From Gemmatimonadaceae bacterium (lineage in GTDB: Bacteria; Gemmatimonadota; Gemmatimonadetes; Gemmatimonadales; Gemmatimonadaceae), in contig DASWGU010000093.1 in the NCBI GenBank assembly GCA_036393555.1, positions 1-52,888 on the forward strand: a stretch of 52,888 nt of DNA, written 5' to 3'. The notes beneath the pieces are model-generated. The model worked only from the letters and a program-made list of their open reading frames with translations, did no database searches and had not been told where the DNA came from. A program made the translations under genes and the position numbers. Positions 1 through 8,455 of the stretch are shown here, one piece after another (the stretch's first letter is position 1; each line of letters begins with the position of its first letter).

Positions 1-478
1 CCTGCAGGACGAACCCGGAGATGTGCATGGCGATGTTCTGCTGCGCCCGTTCGATCGTCTCGCGTGAGCGCACGTTCTCGAAGAAATCGAGATCCAGTGT
101 TGCCGCGTGTGACAGGACGTCCGTCGTAACCGCCAGGTTGATGTCGTCTTCGAGCCGCCGCGAGAAGAAGCTGTAGGCCAGCTGCCCGACGCCTTCCAGG
201 AGCGTGAGAGACAGCCCGATAGCCATCCAGGGGTAGACGGCCGAGAAGTCGCTGCCGCCGCCGTTGATGACGTCAACGCAGGCATTGATGATGCCGCGCG
301 CGAAGAGCGCCAGGCCGGCCGGAATCACGCCTCGCATGAGCGTTACCACCACCAATCCGAGCGTGACGCGCGCATTGGTGGCCCAGACGAGCTTGAGCGC
401 CCACCAGCTGTCCGAGAGGAGCCGGCGAGGATCCGCTTCGTCGTCGCTGGACGCGGCTATCGGTGCCGCCGCAGCCAT
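1..478 (-). CDS. ABC exporter, N-terminal transmembrane domain (5' part only, gene runs off the left edge)
   Basis: Own translation from ATG 478..476: MAAAAPIAASSDDEADPRRLLSDSWWALKLVWATNARVTLGLVVVTLMRGVIPAGLALFARGII...TLDLDFFENVRSRETIERAQQNI. It has hydrophobic helices plus the D..FFE loop typical of ABC exporter membrane domains. The frame is open to position 1. The start overlaps the end of the upstream gene by 22 nt. Confidence 0.7.
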   Translation of the reverse strand, partial: MAAAAPIAASSDDEADPRRLLSDSWWALKLVWATNARVTLGLVVVTLMRGVIPAGLALFARGIINACVDVINGGGSDFSAVYPWMAIGLSLTLLEGVGQLAYSFFSRRLEDDINLAVTTDVLSHAATLDLDFFENVRSRETIERAQQNIAMHISGFVLQ

Positions 479-1611
479 GCGCGCAGAGCGTCGGAGAGAC
501 GTTTCACTTTGCCGGGCTTGTGGACATTGAGGCGGACCGGCAGCGACAGCGCCCACCATATCAGATGGCGGGCTCGGGAAGTCTCGTACAACCCGGACGC
601 CCAGAGCCGCCGAGCCGGTCCGAGGAACGTTGGTTCGATCAGCTGGAGCGCAGCGGCGCGTGTCGGGACCCGGGCCACGTCCGGCTCGGACGTGAGAGCC
701 TGCGCGAGGTGGGGAAAGCGTGTTTCGGCTTGAAAGACGACCAGAAACAGCGCCAGGACACTGACACAAATGACCCGTATGTTCTCGTCGCTCCGCTCGG
801 CCAGGAACGGGGCCCACTCGAGATCCGCCTCGATCCTGTCGAGGATCATCCAGAGGTCCACGAAGGAGCGCAGTCGCAAGGCGCCCCGCTCGATATCCTT
901 GAACGAGGACAGCAGGACCAGGGTGAGCAGGTAGTCAGGCGAGAGGACGCTGCAGGTGCGCCCCGACAGCAGCCCCCGTTCGGCCCGTTCCCACACCCGC
1001 CGGTAATCGATCCGGAACGATGGGTGGTTGCTCAACTTCCAGTGCAGGTCGAGTCCGACCTCATTTCGTGAGAAGTCGAGGGCGTGGGCCACCGCCAGGG
1101 AGATCCGTTCGCCGAACAGCATGGGGGATAGTCGCTGGAACCCGAGGTCGCGCAACACGCGCCGGCATCTGGCCAGATCGTCCTGCCGCACCAGCAGGTC
1201 CAGATCCCAGTACGAACGCCGGTCCTCGCTGCCGTAGTACCTGGTGGCGAGAGCGGGACCTTTCAGGACGATGCACGCCACCCCCGCGGCGTGGAACGCC
1301 TCCGTAACCCGAACCAGCTCCGCGAGCAACAACTCCCGCTTGCGTGACTCCATGGCGTGGCGCCGTTGGAGTCCGCCGCGCAGCGCCGCCGGCAAGGGCG
1401 CTTCGAATGCGGGGTCGGCGACCAGAGTGTGCACGAAACCGCTCAACTGATTGCGCCGGGCGAATGCCCCGAACGAGGCCAGGACCTCGGCACCGGACCG
1501 GTCGATCACCGCAGAAACACCTGGGGCATCTCGCGACATCATGGCCACGAGCAGGTCGAGATGCGCGGCAGGATCAGTCACGTGAGGCGGGGACCGCTCC
1601 GGACGAGACAA
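457..1611 (-). CDS. Nucleotidyltransferase family protein (resembles Pfam NTP_transf_5, 'uncharacterised nucleotidyltransferase')
   Basis: 384-aa ORF with the motif block IVLKGPALATRYYG...YWDLDLLVRQDDLARCRRVLRDLGF...GLDLHWKL, typical of that family. The start is uncertain: TTG 1611, GTG 1581 or ATG 1542. Confidence 0.65.
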   Translation of the reverse strand: MSRPERSPPHVTDPAAHLDLLVAMMSRDAPGVSAVIDRSGAEVLASFGAFARRNQLSGFVHTLVADPAFEAPLPAALRGGLQRRHAMESRKRELLLAELVRVTEAFHAAGVACIVLKGPALATRYYGSEDRRSYWDLDLLVRQDDLARCRRVLRDLGFQRLSPMLFGERISLAVAHALDFSRNEVGLDLHWKLSNHPSFRIDYRRVWERAERGLLSGRTCSVLSPDYLLTLVLLSSFKDIERGALRLRSFVDLWMILDRIEADLEWAPFLAERSDENIRVICVSVLALFLVVFQAETRFPHLAQALTSEPDVARVPTRAAALQLIEPTFLGPARRLWASGLYETSRARHLIWWALSLPVRLNVHKPGKVKRLSDALRAWLRRHR

Positions 1612-1910
1612 GGTTCAGGTCCATCAGAACGCGCGAAGGGTCTCGATTCCACAACCTTCAAGGTAATGCGTCGCCGGTCGGTTTACCCTGCAGGCGGCAA
1701 CCCGTGCGCGCGCCGGATGCTCCAGTATCGCTTTCCGGTGCCGGTGGAGGATATCGTAGGACGGCGCGGGGAGGTCAGGCCTCCTGCGGCAACGCGCCAG
1801 CGCGCACGATCATGAGGACCGATGCCGGGAGTTTGTCGAGGAGTCGCTGCCGCGTCCGGCGGACCGGATTCCCGACACCGGTCCGCGACTTACCCTGCCT
1901 GTCGAAGCTT

Positions 1911-2843
1911 GTGAGTCCTTCGCCCGCGATCAGCGTGATCATCCCGACCCATCATCGCCCCGCGCTCCTCGCGCGCGCGATCGCCAGCGTGGTGGCGCAG
2001 ACGCATCGTCACCTGGAGGTGCTGGTCGTGGACGACGGGCCGAGTGAGTCGGCGGCGGATGCAGTGCGAGCTGCCGCCGACGGGCGGCTTCGCTACCTGT
2101 CGCACCACGTCACCCGCGGTGCCGCCGCGGCACGCAACACGGGGCTCCGGAGCGCCACGGGAGAGTTCGTCGCGTTTCTCGACGATGACGACACGTGGCT
2201 TCCTCTCAAGCTCGTGCGCCAACTGGAGCCATTCGTGACGGGCACCGCCGACCTGGGCGTCGTGTATTGCGCGTCGCTCAAGTACTCGGACATCACGAAC
2301 CGCGTGATTTCCGAATCGCCGGCCCGTCCGCTGCGCCAGGGCCACGTCGATTTTCTGCGCAGCACGCTGTTCGGAACGTCCGTCCCGCTCATCCACCGTC
2401 GCTGCCTCGACGAAGTCGGTCCCTTCGACGAATCCCTGCCGGGGGCGCAGGACCGCGACATGTGGATACGGCTCGCTAGACGGTTTGCGTTCGATTTCGT
2501 GCCCGACGTGCTGGTCTGGCACCACATTCACGGTGACCAGATCACGTCGAACCTCTCGAAGAAAGTCGAGGCGCGGGAGCTGTTGCTCGTCAAGTACCGC
2601 GCGGAGCTGGAGGCGCATCCCGACATCATGGCGACGTACCTCTGGCGGCTCGGCATGCTCTGTTGCGCGGATGACCGACATCCGGCGGGGCGCCGCCATA
2701 TCTGGCAGGCCGTCCGGCGCCAACCGGGATTGCGAGGCGCCTATCGCGATCTGCTGCACTCGCTCATCGCGCCGCGCTCCTTCCAGCGACGTTTGCGGGA
2801 TGGTGTCTTCCGCGGCGCTGACGGGGTTCCGTTCTACTACTGA
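1911..2843 (+). CDS. Family 2 glycosyltransferase (GT2)
   Basis: VSPSPAISVIIPTHHRPALLARAIASVVAQTHRHLEVLVVDDGPS...AAARNTGLRSATGEFVAFLDDDD is a classic GT-A fold N-terminus with a DDD motif. The track ORF begins at 1344, but the family N-terminus fits GTG 1911 (alternative ATG 1812). Confidence 0.85.
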   Translation: MSPSPAISVIIPTHHRPALLARAIASVVAQTHRHLEVLVVDDGPSESAADAVRAAADGRLRYLSHHVTRGAAAARNTGLRSATGEFVAFLDDDDTWLPLKLVRQLEPFVTGTADLGVVYCASLKYSDITNRVISESPARPLRQGHVDFLRSTLFGTSVPLIHRRCLDEVGPFDESLPGAQDRDMWIRLARRFAFDFVPDVLVWHHIHGDQITSNLSKKVEARELLLVKYRAELEAHPDIMATYLWRLGMLCCADDRHPAGRRHIWQAVRRQPGLRGAYRDLLHSLIAPRSFQRRLRDGVFRGADGVPFYY

Positions 2844-2858
2844 CGTCCAGCACGCCCG

Positions 2859-4775
2859 TCAGGCGCTGGAGCGTTCCATCGCACGTTCGAGGACGTTCCA
2901 GAGCCGACTGATCGAGCGCTGCATGGAGAACTCCGCGCTCACGCGGACGCGGCCGCGACGGCCAAGCATTCCCGCCAGGGTCGGGTCATCGTACAACGTG
3001 ACCAGGTGTTCCCCCATGCCACGAATGTCGCCCTCCTCCACCAGCAGGCCGGTCTCGCCGTGCACGACGACGTCGGCGATGCCCATGTGGCGCGTGCTCA
3101 CCACGGGGAGCCCTGTCGCGCCGGCTTCCAGGATCGAGACCGGCGTCCCCTCGGCGTTCCCCTCGCTGTCGCGCACGGAGTGTTGCACGAAGGCGCGCGC
3201 CGAGCGCAGGAACGACGCCACTTCGGCGGGTGACTGGGCGCCGGTGAACCGCACGCGGTCCGACAGTCCCAGTGCATCACACAGTTGCCGACACGGATCG
3301 AGCAGGACACCTTCGCCGATCATGACGAGTCGGGCATCCGGTCGCCGGCTCGCCACCTCGTGGAACGCGCGCAGCACGTAGTGCGGCGCCTTCTTCTCGA
3401 CGAAACGGCCAACCGAGACGAAGACCGGCGCTGACAGCTCCGGCACCGCCCCCGCGAACGCGCTGGTGTCCACGCCGCACGGATTGTAGATGATCTTTTC
3501 TTCGGGTGCTCCCAGCGATTGCAGCTGGCGGGACATGTCCGTCGACACGACCACGAGCGTGTGAGCGGTGTGGAAGAGGCGGCGATAGGCGTTGCCGTAT
3601 TCGACCAGCGTGGACCGCTTGTAGGCATCGTAGCCGTGAAAGTGGGCAACGAGCGGAATGCCGGTCGCCTGGCAGGCATCGATGTAGTCCACTGCGACGG
3701 GCCCGAACTCGGCCAGCACGACATGCACACCCTCTCTTCTCAGGTACCGGGTGAGTCCGCGCGTTTCGATGCGCCGGCCGAGATGTCCGAGCTCGGCGAG
3801 GGCGGCGGCGAGGGCGCGCTCCACGGTCGAACTCACGGGCAGGTCGTTCTTGTCGCGCTTGCATTCTCCGCTGCCGCCCATCAGCCACCGCATCGTCGCA
3901 GGAAGGTATCGGAGATGGTCGCGAATGAACGTTTCCGAGATGGCCAGCCTGCGCCGCGACACCACACACACGGTTCGTGGACTGGGACCGGCGGCGACAG
4001 AACGCCCGGTGCCCGGCTGCAGCGCGACGCGTCGCTCCCGCTGGTGGCGGGCGCGAATCTCGCGCAGCGCCTGCCAGGTTGCGTTGACGTCGGGCTGCAG
4101 GCGCGCCTGGAGCCGCACCCATTTCGGCGACGCCGTGCGGAGCAGCTGGGGATGAAAGACGGCGCCCAGCGAGACCGGCGTGCCGCTCCCCGTCAGGGCG
4201 GCCAATTGCGCGTCACCAGTCCGCCCGAAATCGTCCGGTGCGAACAGCAACGCGGTGCGGTCTCGGTCCTGCCGGCAGGCCTGGACGATCTGGCGAGCAT
4301 ACCAGTTCCACACTGCCAGGGCGCGCGCCAGTCGCCGCACCGGAGCCGGATCGGGATCGACCAGCAGCCGGCGTCGCAGCATCACCCACGCCGTCTCCGC
4401 AGGAGGGCGAACGACGAACACCCATCGCGCATCGGGCACAATGTCGCGCCACATGTCGGCTAAGAGGGCCGCCCTGGGATCGAGAATTGCCCAGGAGGTG
4501 CGGTCTACGAACTGGGCGCGCAGCAGCTCGCCAGCTCGCTCCCGGTGCGCCTCCTGCGGCCGCACGGGGCTCGCGGCCGGCGTGAGCCAGTGGCAGCCGG
4601 CGGACGCCAGGATTTCGTCATGCAGCGCGACGACCGCCCGGTTGACGAACAGACCAACAGCGTCGTTCGTCGTCGGCAGGCCGAGCGGGCCGCCCAGAAA
4701 GAACTTCGCGTCAGCGAGTGCCTGGCCGACGACGGACATGCCGGCGTAGGGTGAACCACAAACGAAAAGCTTCAT
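2859..4775 (-). CDS. Fusion protein: sulfotransferase-like N-terminal domain + GT1/GT4-type glycosyltransferase C-terminal domain
   Basis: 638 aa. The C-terminal half has GT-B hallmarks (VGRFVEKKAP...MIGEG...EGTPVSILEAGATGLPVVST...GETGLLVEEGD). The N-terminal ~250 aa (MKLFVCGSPYAGMSVVGQAL...WVFVVRPPAE) looks like a sulfotransferase with a degenerate PAPS loop. The ATG at 4775 forms an ATGA overlap with the upstream stop. Confidence 0.8.
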   Translation of the reverse strand: MKLFVCGSPYAGMSVVGQALADAKFFLGGPLGLPTTNDAVGLFVNRAVVALHDEILASAGCHWLTPAASPVRPQEAHRERAGELLRAQFVDRTSWAILDPRAALLADMWRDIVPDARWVFVVRPPAETAWVMLRRRLLVDPDPAPVRRLARALAVWNWYARQIVQACRQDRDRTALLFAPDDFGRTGDAQLAALTGSGTPVSLGAVFHPQLLRTASPKWVRLQARLQPDVNATWQALREIRARHQRERRVALQPGTGRSVAAGPSPRTVCVVSRRRLAISETFIRDHLRYLPATMRWLMGGSGECKRDKNDLPVSSTVERALAAALAELGHLGRRIETRGLTRYLRREGVHVVLAEFGPVAVDYIDACQATGIPLVAHFHGYDAYKRSTLVEYGNAYRRLFHTAHTLVVVSTDMSRQLQSLGAPEEKIIYNPCGVDTSAFAGAVPELSAPVFVSVGRFVEKKAPHYVLRAFHEVASRRPDARLVMIGEGVLLDPCRQLCDALGLSDRVRFTGAQSPAEVASFLRSARAFVQHSVRDSEGNAEGTPVSILEAGATGLPVVSTRHMGIADVVVHGETGLLVEEGDIRGMGEHLVTLYDDPTLAGMLGRRGRVRVSAEFSMQRSISRLWNVLERAMERSSA

Positions 4776-5665
4776 CCTGGCAGGAGACGCGCTGACGCCA
4801 CGCCATGCTCCCGCAGAACCGCCAGCGCTCCGGGATCGAGCGGATCGCCTTCGGCGATGTTGTCCGCGATGACGGCGCGAAGGTCGTCGGAGTAGTTCGC
4901 CAGCGCGTCACGCTTGCAGAACTTCATGTGCAGGAAACACGGCGACCGGGCCGTGATGCGGGCGCGCTGCCTTACATCCCGGTGCTCGAAGGGGCTGGCC
5001 AGGCGCTGGGTCCAGCGAATCGCATCGTCGTAGTGTGCCCCGAAACGAGGGAACAGCCGCGGCTCCTTCGCATCCTCCGTCAGGGTCGTGACCCACATGG
5101 GCAGGCCCGGAACACTCAGGCGCGCGAGCAATTCGGCGCGATCCGTGACGCGGGGGCGGACGAGGTGCCTCCGGTCGGGATGCACGTTCTGTCCACTGAA
5201 TACGAGCACCGGACGCGGAGAGGCGCGCCACTCTTCGAGCGCGCTCTCGAACTCGGGGCGCGCGATCATGTCCCCGTCCCACTTGAGGATGAACGGGTGC
5301 CGGCACCGTTGCAGCGACCAGTTGTAGTAGGTCGACGACAGGTGAGGGGACGGGCGACGAGTCGGCTGGGACGCGAGATCCCAGTGCTCCCGTCCCACTT
5401 TGCGCACCGCGAAGGGATAGGTATGCACCGTGATCTTCGCTGGATATTCGTTCTGAAGGGCGGCGATCACATCCGGCGTTCCGTCCTGACTGAGGTTGTC
5501 GATGATGATGATTTCACTGACGTGGTCGGCAACGGACGACACGGCGGCAAAGAGAAACTCCTCCTCATTGCGGACCCTCACCATCGCGGAGAGATGCCGT
5601 TTGCTCTGCAGACGCACGCGCCATGAGGCGAACGCGAATTTCAGTCCGGCGCGTGAAAGCCCCAT
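4772..5665 (-). CDS. GT2-like glycosyltransferase
   Basis: 297 aa. LSAMVRVRNEEEFLFAAVSSVADHVSEIIIIDNLSQDGTPDVI matches the GT2 N-terminal strand-loop (VRNEE...IIIDN.S.DGT). An SD GGAGGA lies about 10 nt upstream of ATG 5665. Confidence 0.75.
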   Translation of the reverse strand: MGLSRAGLKFAFASWRVRLQSKRHLSAMVRVRNEEEFLFAAVSSVADHVSEIIIIDNLSQDGTPDVIAALQNEYPAKITVHTYPFAVRKVGREHWDLASQPTRRPSPHLSSTYYNWSLQRCRHPFILKWDGDMIARPEFESALEEWRASPRPVLVFSGQNVHPDRRHLVRPRVTDRAELLARLSVPGLPMWVTTLTEDAKEPRLFPRFGAHYDDAIRWTQRLASPFEHRDVRQRARITARSPCFLHMKFCKRDALANYSDDLRAVIADNIAEGDPLDPGALAVLREHGVASARLLPG

Positions 5666-5775
5666 TCAGAGCGTGTCCTCCGTGACGAGCACGTGCGGAT
5701 GGCATTCTGCTCCAGCAACAGCCAGGCAAACCTGTTGCGCCGACGCCTGGAGCCGCATTCGGGTGAACGGCCCCG

Positions 5776-5838
5776 TTACGCCCTGGAGACGATGTTGTCG
5801 AGCAAGAACTTAACGGTCTCAATTCCGTTGAGAACCAT
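5776..5838 (-). CDS. Candidate 20-codon small ORF (MVLNGIETVKFLLDNIVSRA), hypothetical
   Basis: ATG 5838 to TAA 5776, in a locally lower-GC patch (~50% GC over 5781-5840, counted by hand). Per-codon-position GC counted by hand is about 45/25/80% (16 of 20 third positions are G or C). This is the coding-type periodicity of a high-GC genome. There is no clear SD and no homology support. Confidence 0.2.
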   Translation of the reverse strand: MVLNGIETVKFLLDNIVSRA

Positions 5839-5894
5839 GGTCGCTTCGCTGATCCCGAAACGAATCCGCGCGGGACGGGCCGGCGCGGCGGCGG

Positions 5895-7112
5895 TCAGCT
5901 CGCGTAGAGCTGCAGATCCGTCCCCACGGCGTCCGACATCTCGTAGCAAGTCTGCAGATCCGGATGCCTCACTACGACATACCCGTCACTCACCAGGGTC
6001 TGGATCCAGTTCCGGCGTTCGGCGCCGACGGGCAGCAGATCCAGGTGCACGATGTGCTCGCCGAACCGTGCCATGATGCTCTCCAGGCCTTCGATGCGCC
6101 CAATGCGGCCCCGCCCCTGCGCGCGCTTGAAGATGTTCGCAACGTTGTACTTCCGCTCGGTCGACATCGAGAACGTCCCCTTGAGGTCGGCCTCGGCGTA
6201 CCCGTTGAACAGGTCCACGTTGCCCACGAAATTCATCAGATCCACCGTGTGCGCGCCCGGCGGACGCGCAGCGATCTCGCCGAATACGGCCTCCCCGCCC
6301 GGCGTGTAGAACCACTCCATGTGCGTGAATCCCGTCCCGAACGCCAGCGCCGTGAGCACCTCGCGCCCCAGCGCGATGCCGGCCTGGATGTCGGGGGGCG
6401 ACAGGTCGCGCAGGCCGATGGTCTGGGGCGAGATCCACTCCACGCTGCGCGCGATCAACGGATTGGGCCGATAGTAGCAGACGTTCTCGTACACGATCCG
6501 GCCGTCGATGCAGATGGTGTCGTAGGTGTACTCCTCTCCCTCAATGAACTCCTCGACGTTGACCTCGTCGTAGGACCGGACCCGGATCAGGGCGGCATCG
6601 AGTTCTCCGGCGTTGGCCGCACGGATGGTGTCCATTGAGCCCGCCCCTGCAATGGGCTTCACGATCACCGGAAATCCGAGGTCGCGCGCCGCGTCGCGCA
6701 CCTGGGCGATGGACGTCGCCGAGGCGTGTCGCGCGCTACGGATCCCGGCCGCGGCGACCTTCTGCTTCATGACATCCTTGTTCCGGAAGGTGACCGCCTG
6801 GTCCACCCGCATCCCCGGGGCACCCAGCGCTTCGCGGAGCCTGGCCGCCAGGACGATGCCGGGCTCCCAGAGACAGACCACCCGGTCGATCCGGTGCTGG
6901 TTCACCCCGGCCGCGACCGCGCGCACCACGCCGTCTTCGTCGGTCAGATTCGGCACGCGCAGGTAGCCGGAGAGGTGCTCGCGAGCGAGCGGAGGCAGGT
7001 CGGCCTCGGGAACGTCACTCAACCCGTACACCTTGCCCCCGTGCTGGGTGAGGCCGCGGCAGAACCAGGGCATCTCGCCAGGATAGCCGGGAGCGATCAT
7101 CAGGACGTTCAT
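5895..7112 (-). CDS. ATP-grasp domain ligase (paralog 1), substrate unknown
   Basis: 405 aa. FRNKDVMKQKV...GFPVIVKPIAGAGS...VEEFIEGEEYTYDTICIDGR...HMEWFYTPGGEAVFGEIAARPPGA is an ATP-grasp fold with an amino-acid-ligase-like E(I/V)AAR.PG motif. ATG at 7112. Confidence 0.85.
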   Translation of the reverse strand: MNVLMIAPGYPGEMPWFCRGLTQHGGKVYGLSDVPEADLPPLAREHLSGYLRVPNLTDEDGVVRAVAAGVNQHRIDRVVCLWEPGIVLAARLREALGAPGMRVDQAVTFRNKDVMKQKVAAAGIRSARHASATSIAQVRDAARDLGFPVIVKPIAGAGSMDTIRAANAGELDAALIRVRSYDEVNVEEFIEGEEYTYDTICIDGRIVYENVCYYRPNPLIARSVEWISPQTIGLRDLSPPDIQAGIALGREVLTALAFGTGFTHMEWFYTPGGEAVFGEIAARPPGAHTVDLMNFVGNVDLFNGYAEADLKGTFSMSTERKYNVANIFKRAQGRGRIGRIEGLESIMARFGEHIVHLDLLPVGAERRNWIQTLVSDGYVVVRHPDLQTCYEMSDAVGTDLQLYAS

Positions 7113-7184
7113 GGGTCAAGCGGTGAAGTGTGGACAACAGGGGAACCGGTACCGGAGCGGGATGAAGGCTGATACCCGAGTGTG

Positions 7185-8396
7185 TCAGGCGAGCTCGATG
7201 CGCATCCGCGAGACGATCTGCGCCACGGCCTGCTCGACCACAGCCGTGTCGGGGTGACGTACGATGACAAAGCCCTCCCCTTCGTAACTCGTCGACGCGG
7301 CGGAGCCGACCTCGGGGAGCTTCGCGTCGGTGATCAGATCACGGAGGTCCCGCTGCACCACGTCCCAGCCCTGGATGTCCCGCACCCGTCCTTCGCCCTG
7401 TCCGCGAAGGAAGGCGGCGCCTGCGGCATACTTCCGCTCGGGCACCTCGAACTGGTTGAAGATCATGAGCCGCGCCCAGGCCTGCAGGAAATCGGTGTCG
7501 GTCGCGCGCGACACGAGCGTGGTGATCTGCGCTCCGGGCGGGCGAGCTGCCACCTCGGAAATGGCGACGCTGCCGTCGGCGCGACGGAACCACTCCATGT
7601 GGCTCAGGCCTGTGGTCATGCCGAGCACCTCCAGGGTGCGCTGAGCCGCCGACCGAATGTCGCTGTACCGGTCATCGTCCACCTCACGCGGCAACACCAG
7701 GCACCACTGGATCCAGGGATTCTCCAGCACGTGGAGAGGCGTCGGGTAGTAGTGCGTCAGCGAGTGCCAGACGGCGCGGCCGTCGATGGAGATGGTCTCC
7801 AGGGAGTGCTCCTCTCCCCGGACGAACTCCTCGAGCAACACGGGACGCTCGGCCGACGGCGGCTGCGTCGACAAGGCGCGACGCAGCTGGTCGAGATTGT
7901 CCACCCGGTACGTCTGCTGCGCGCCGGCGCCCGCCGGCGGTTTCACCACCGCCGGAAAGCCCGACAGTTCGACGAACGCGACCGCGTCGTCCACGCTCGG
8001 CGCCAGGCGATGACGCGCGCAGGGGATCCCGTTCGCCCGTAGCAGGGTCTTCATCCGCGCCTTGTCCCGAAAATTCCTCGCCGCCTGGACGGGCAGACCC
8101 GGAATGCCCAGCGCCTCACGCGCCGTGGCGAGCGGAACCTGCAGTTGCTCGTACGCACCGAACAGCCGGGTGACCGGGCCGAAACGCGCGCCCAGTTCCC
8201 GTGTCGCCCACACCAGCTGGCCCACGTTGAGGATGTCGCTCACGCGCCAGTGCCCCACCTGACCCTGCAGGTAACCGAGCCGCTCTGCCGGTTCCTGGGT
8301 CACGACGCTCAGTTTCACCTCGGGCAGTGACGCGGCCGCCTCCACCATACGCAGGGCGTTGTCGGAAAGCATGGGGGCGGCGAAGACGACGGACAC
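7185..8396 (-). CDS. ATP-grasp domain ligase (paralog 2), substrate unknown
   Basis: Collinear homolog of 5895..7112, sharing REALG.PG, FR.K, GFP..VKP.AGAG, EEF..GEE, IDGR, HMEWF, E.AARPPGA, ERKY and G..V.VRHPD. The track ORF starts at 8591, but that overlaps the upstream gene. GTG 8396 (VSVVFAAP, aligning with MNVLMIAP of paralog 1) or ATG 8372 is more plausible. Confidence 0.8.
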   Translation of the reverse strand: MSVVFAAPMLSDNALRMVEAAASLPEVKLSVVTQEPAERLGYLQGQVGHWRVSDILNVGQLVWATRELGARFGPVTRLFGAYEQLQVPLATAREALGIPGLPVQAARNFRDKARMKTLLRANGIPCARHRLAPSVDDAVAFVELSGFPAVVKPPAGAGAQQTYRVDNLDQLRRALSTQPPSAERPVLLEEFVRGEEHSLETISIDGRAVWHSLTHYYPTPLHVLENPWIQWCLVLPREVDDDRYSDIRSAAQRTLEVLGMTTGLSHMEWFRRADGSVAISEVAARPPGAQITTLVSRATDTDFLQAWARLMIFNQFEVPERKYAAGAAFLRGQGEGRVRDIQGWDVVQRDLRDLITDAKLPEVGSAASTSYEGEGFVIVRHPDTAVVEQAVAQIVSRMRIELA

Positions 8397-8455
8397 GCGA
8401 GTGAGCGTTGAGTGTCGATTGTCGAGCGGTTCCTTCTCTCGGTCGGCCAGGGGGG

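Noticed and set aside
5776-8396. Graspetide (microviridin-like RiPP) system: ATP-grasp ligases plus a small peptide.
   Set aside because: This is not claimed. The ligases are about 400 aa with amino-acid-ligase-like motifs rather than the RimK-like graspetide ligase type. The 20-mer lacks the Thr/Ser plus Asp/Glu/Lys-rich core and a recognisable leader, and it lies downstream without an SD. It is kept only as a low-confidence small-ORF observation.
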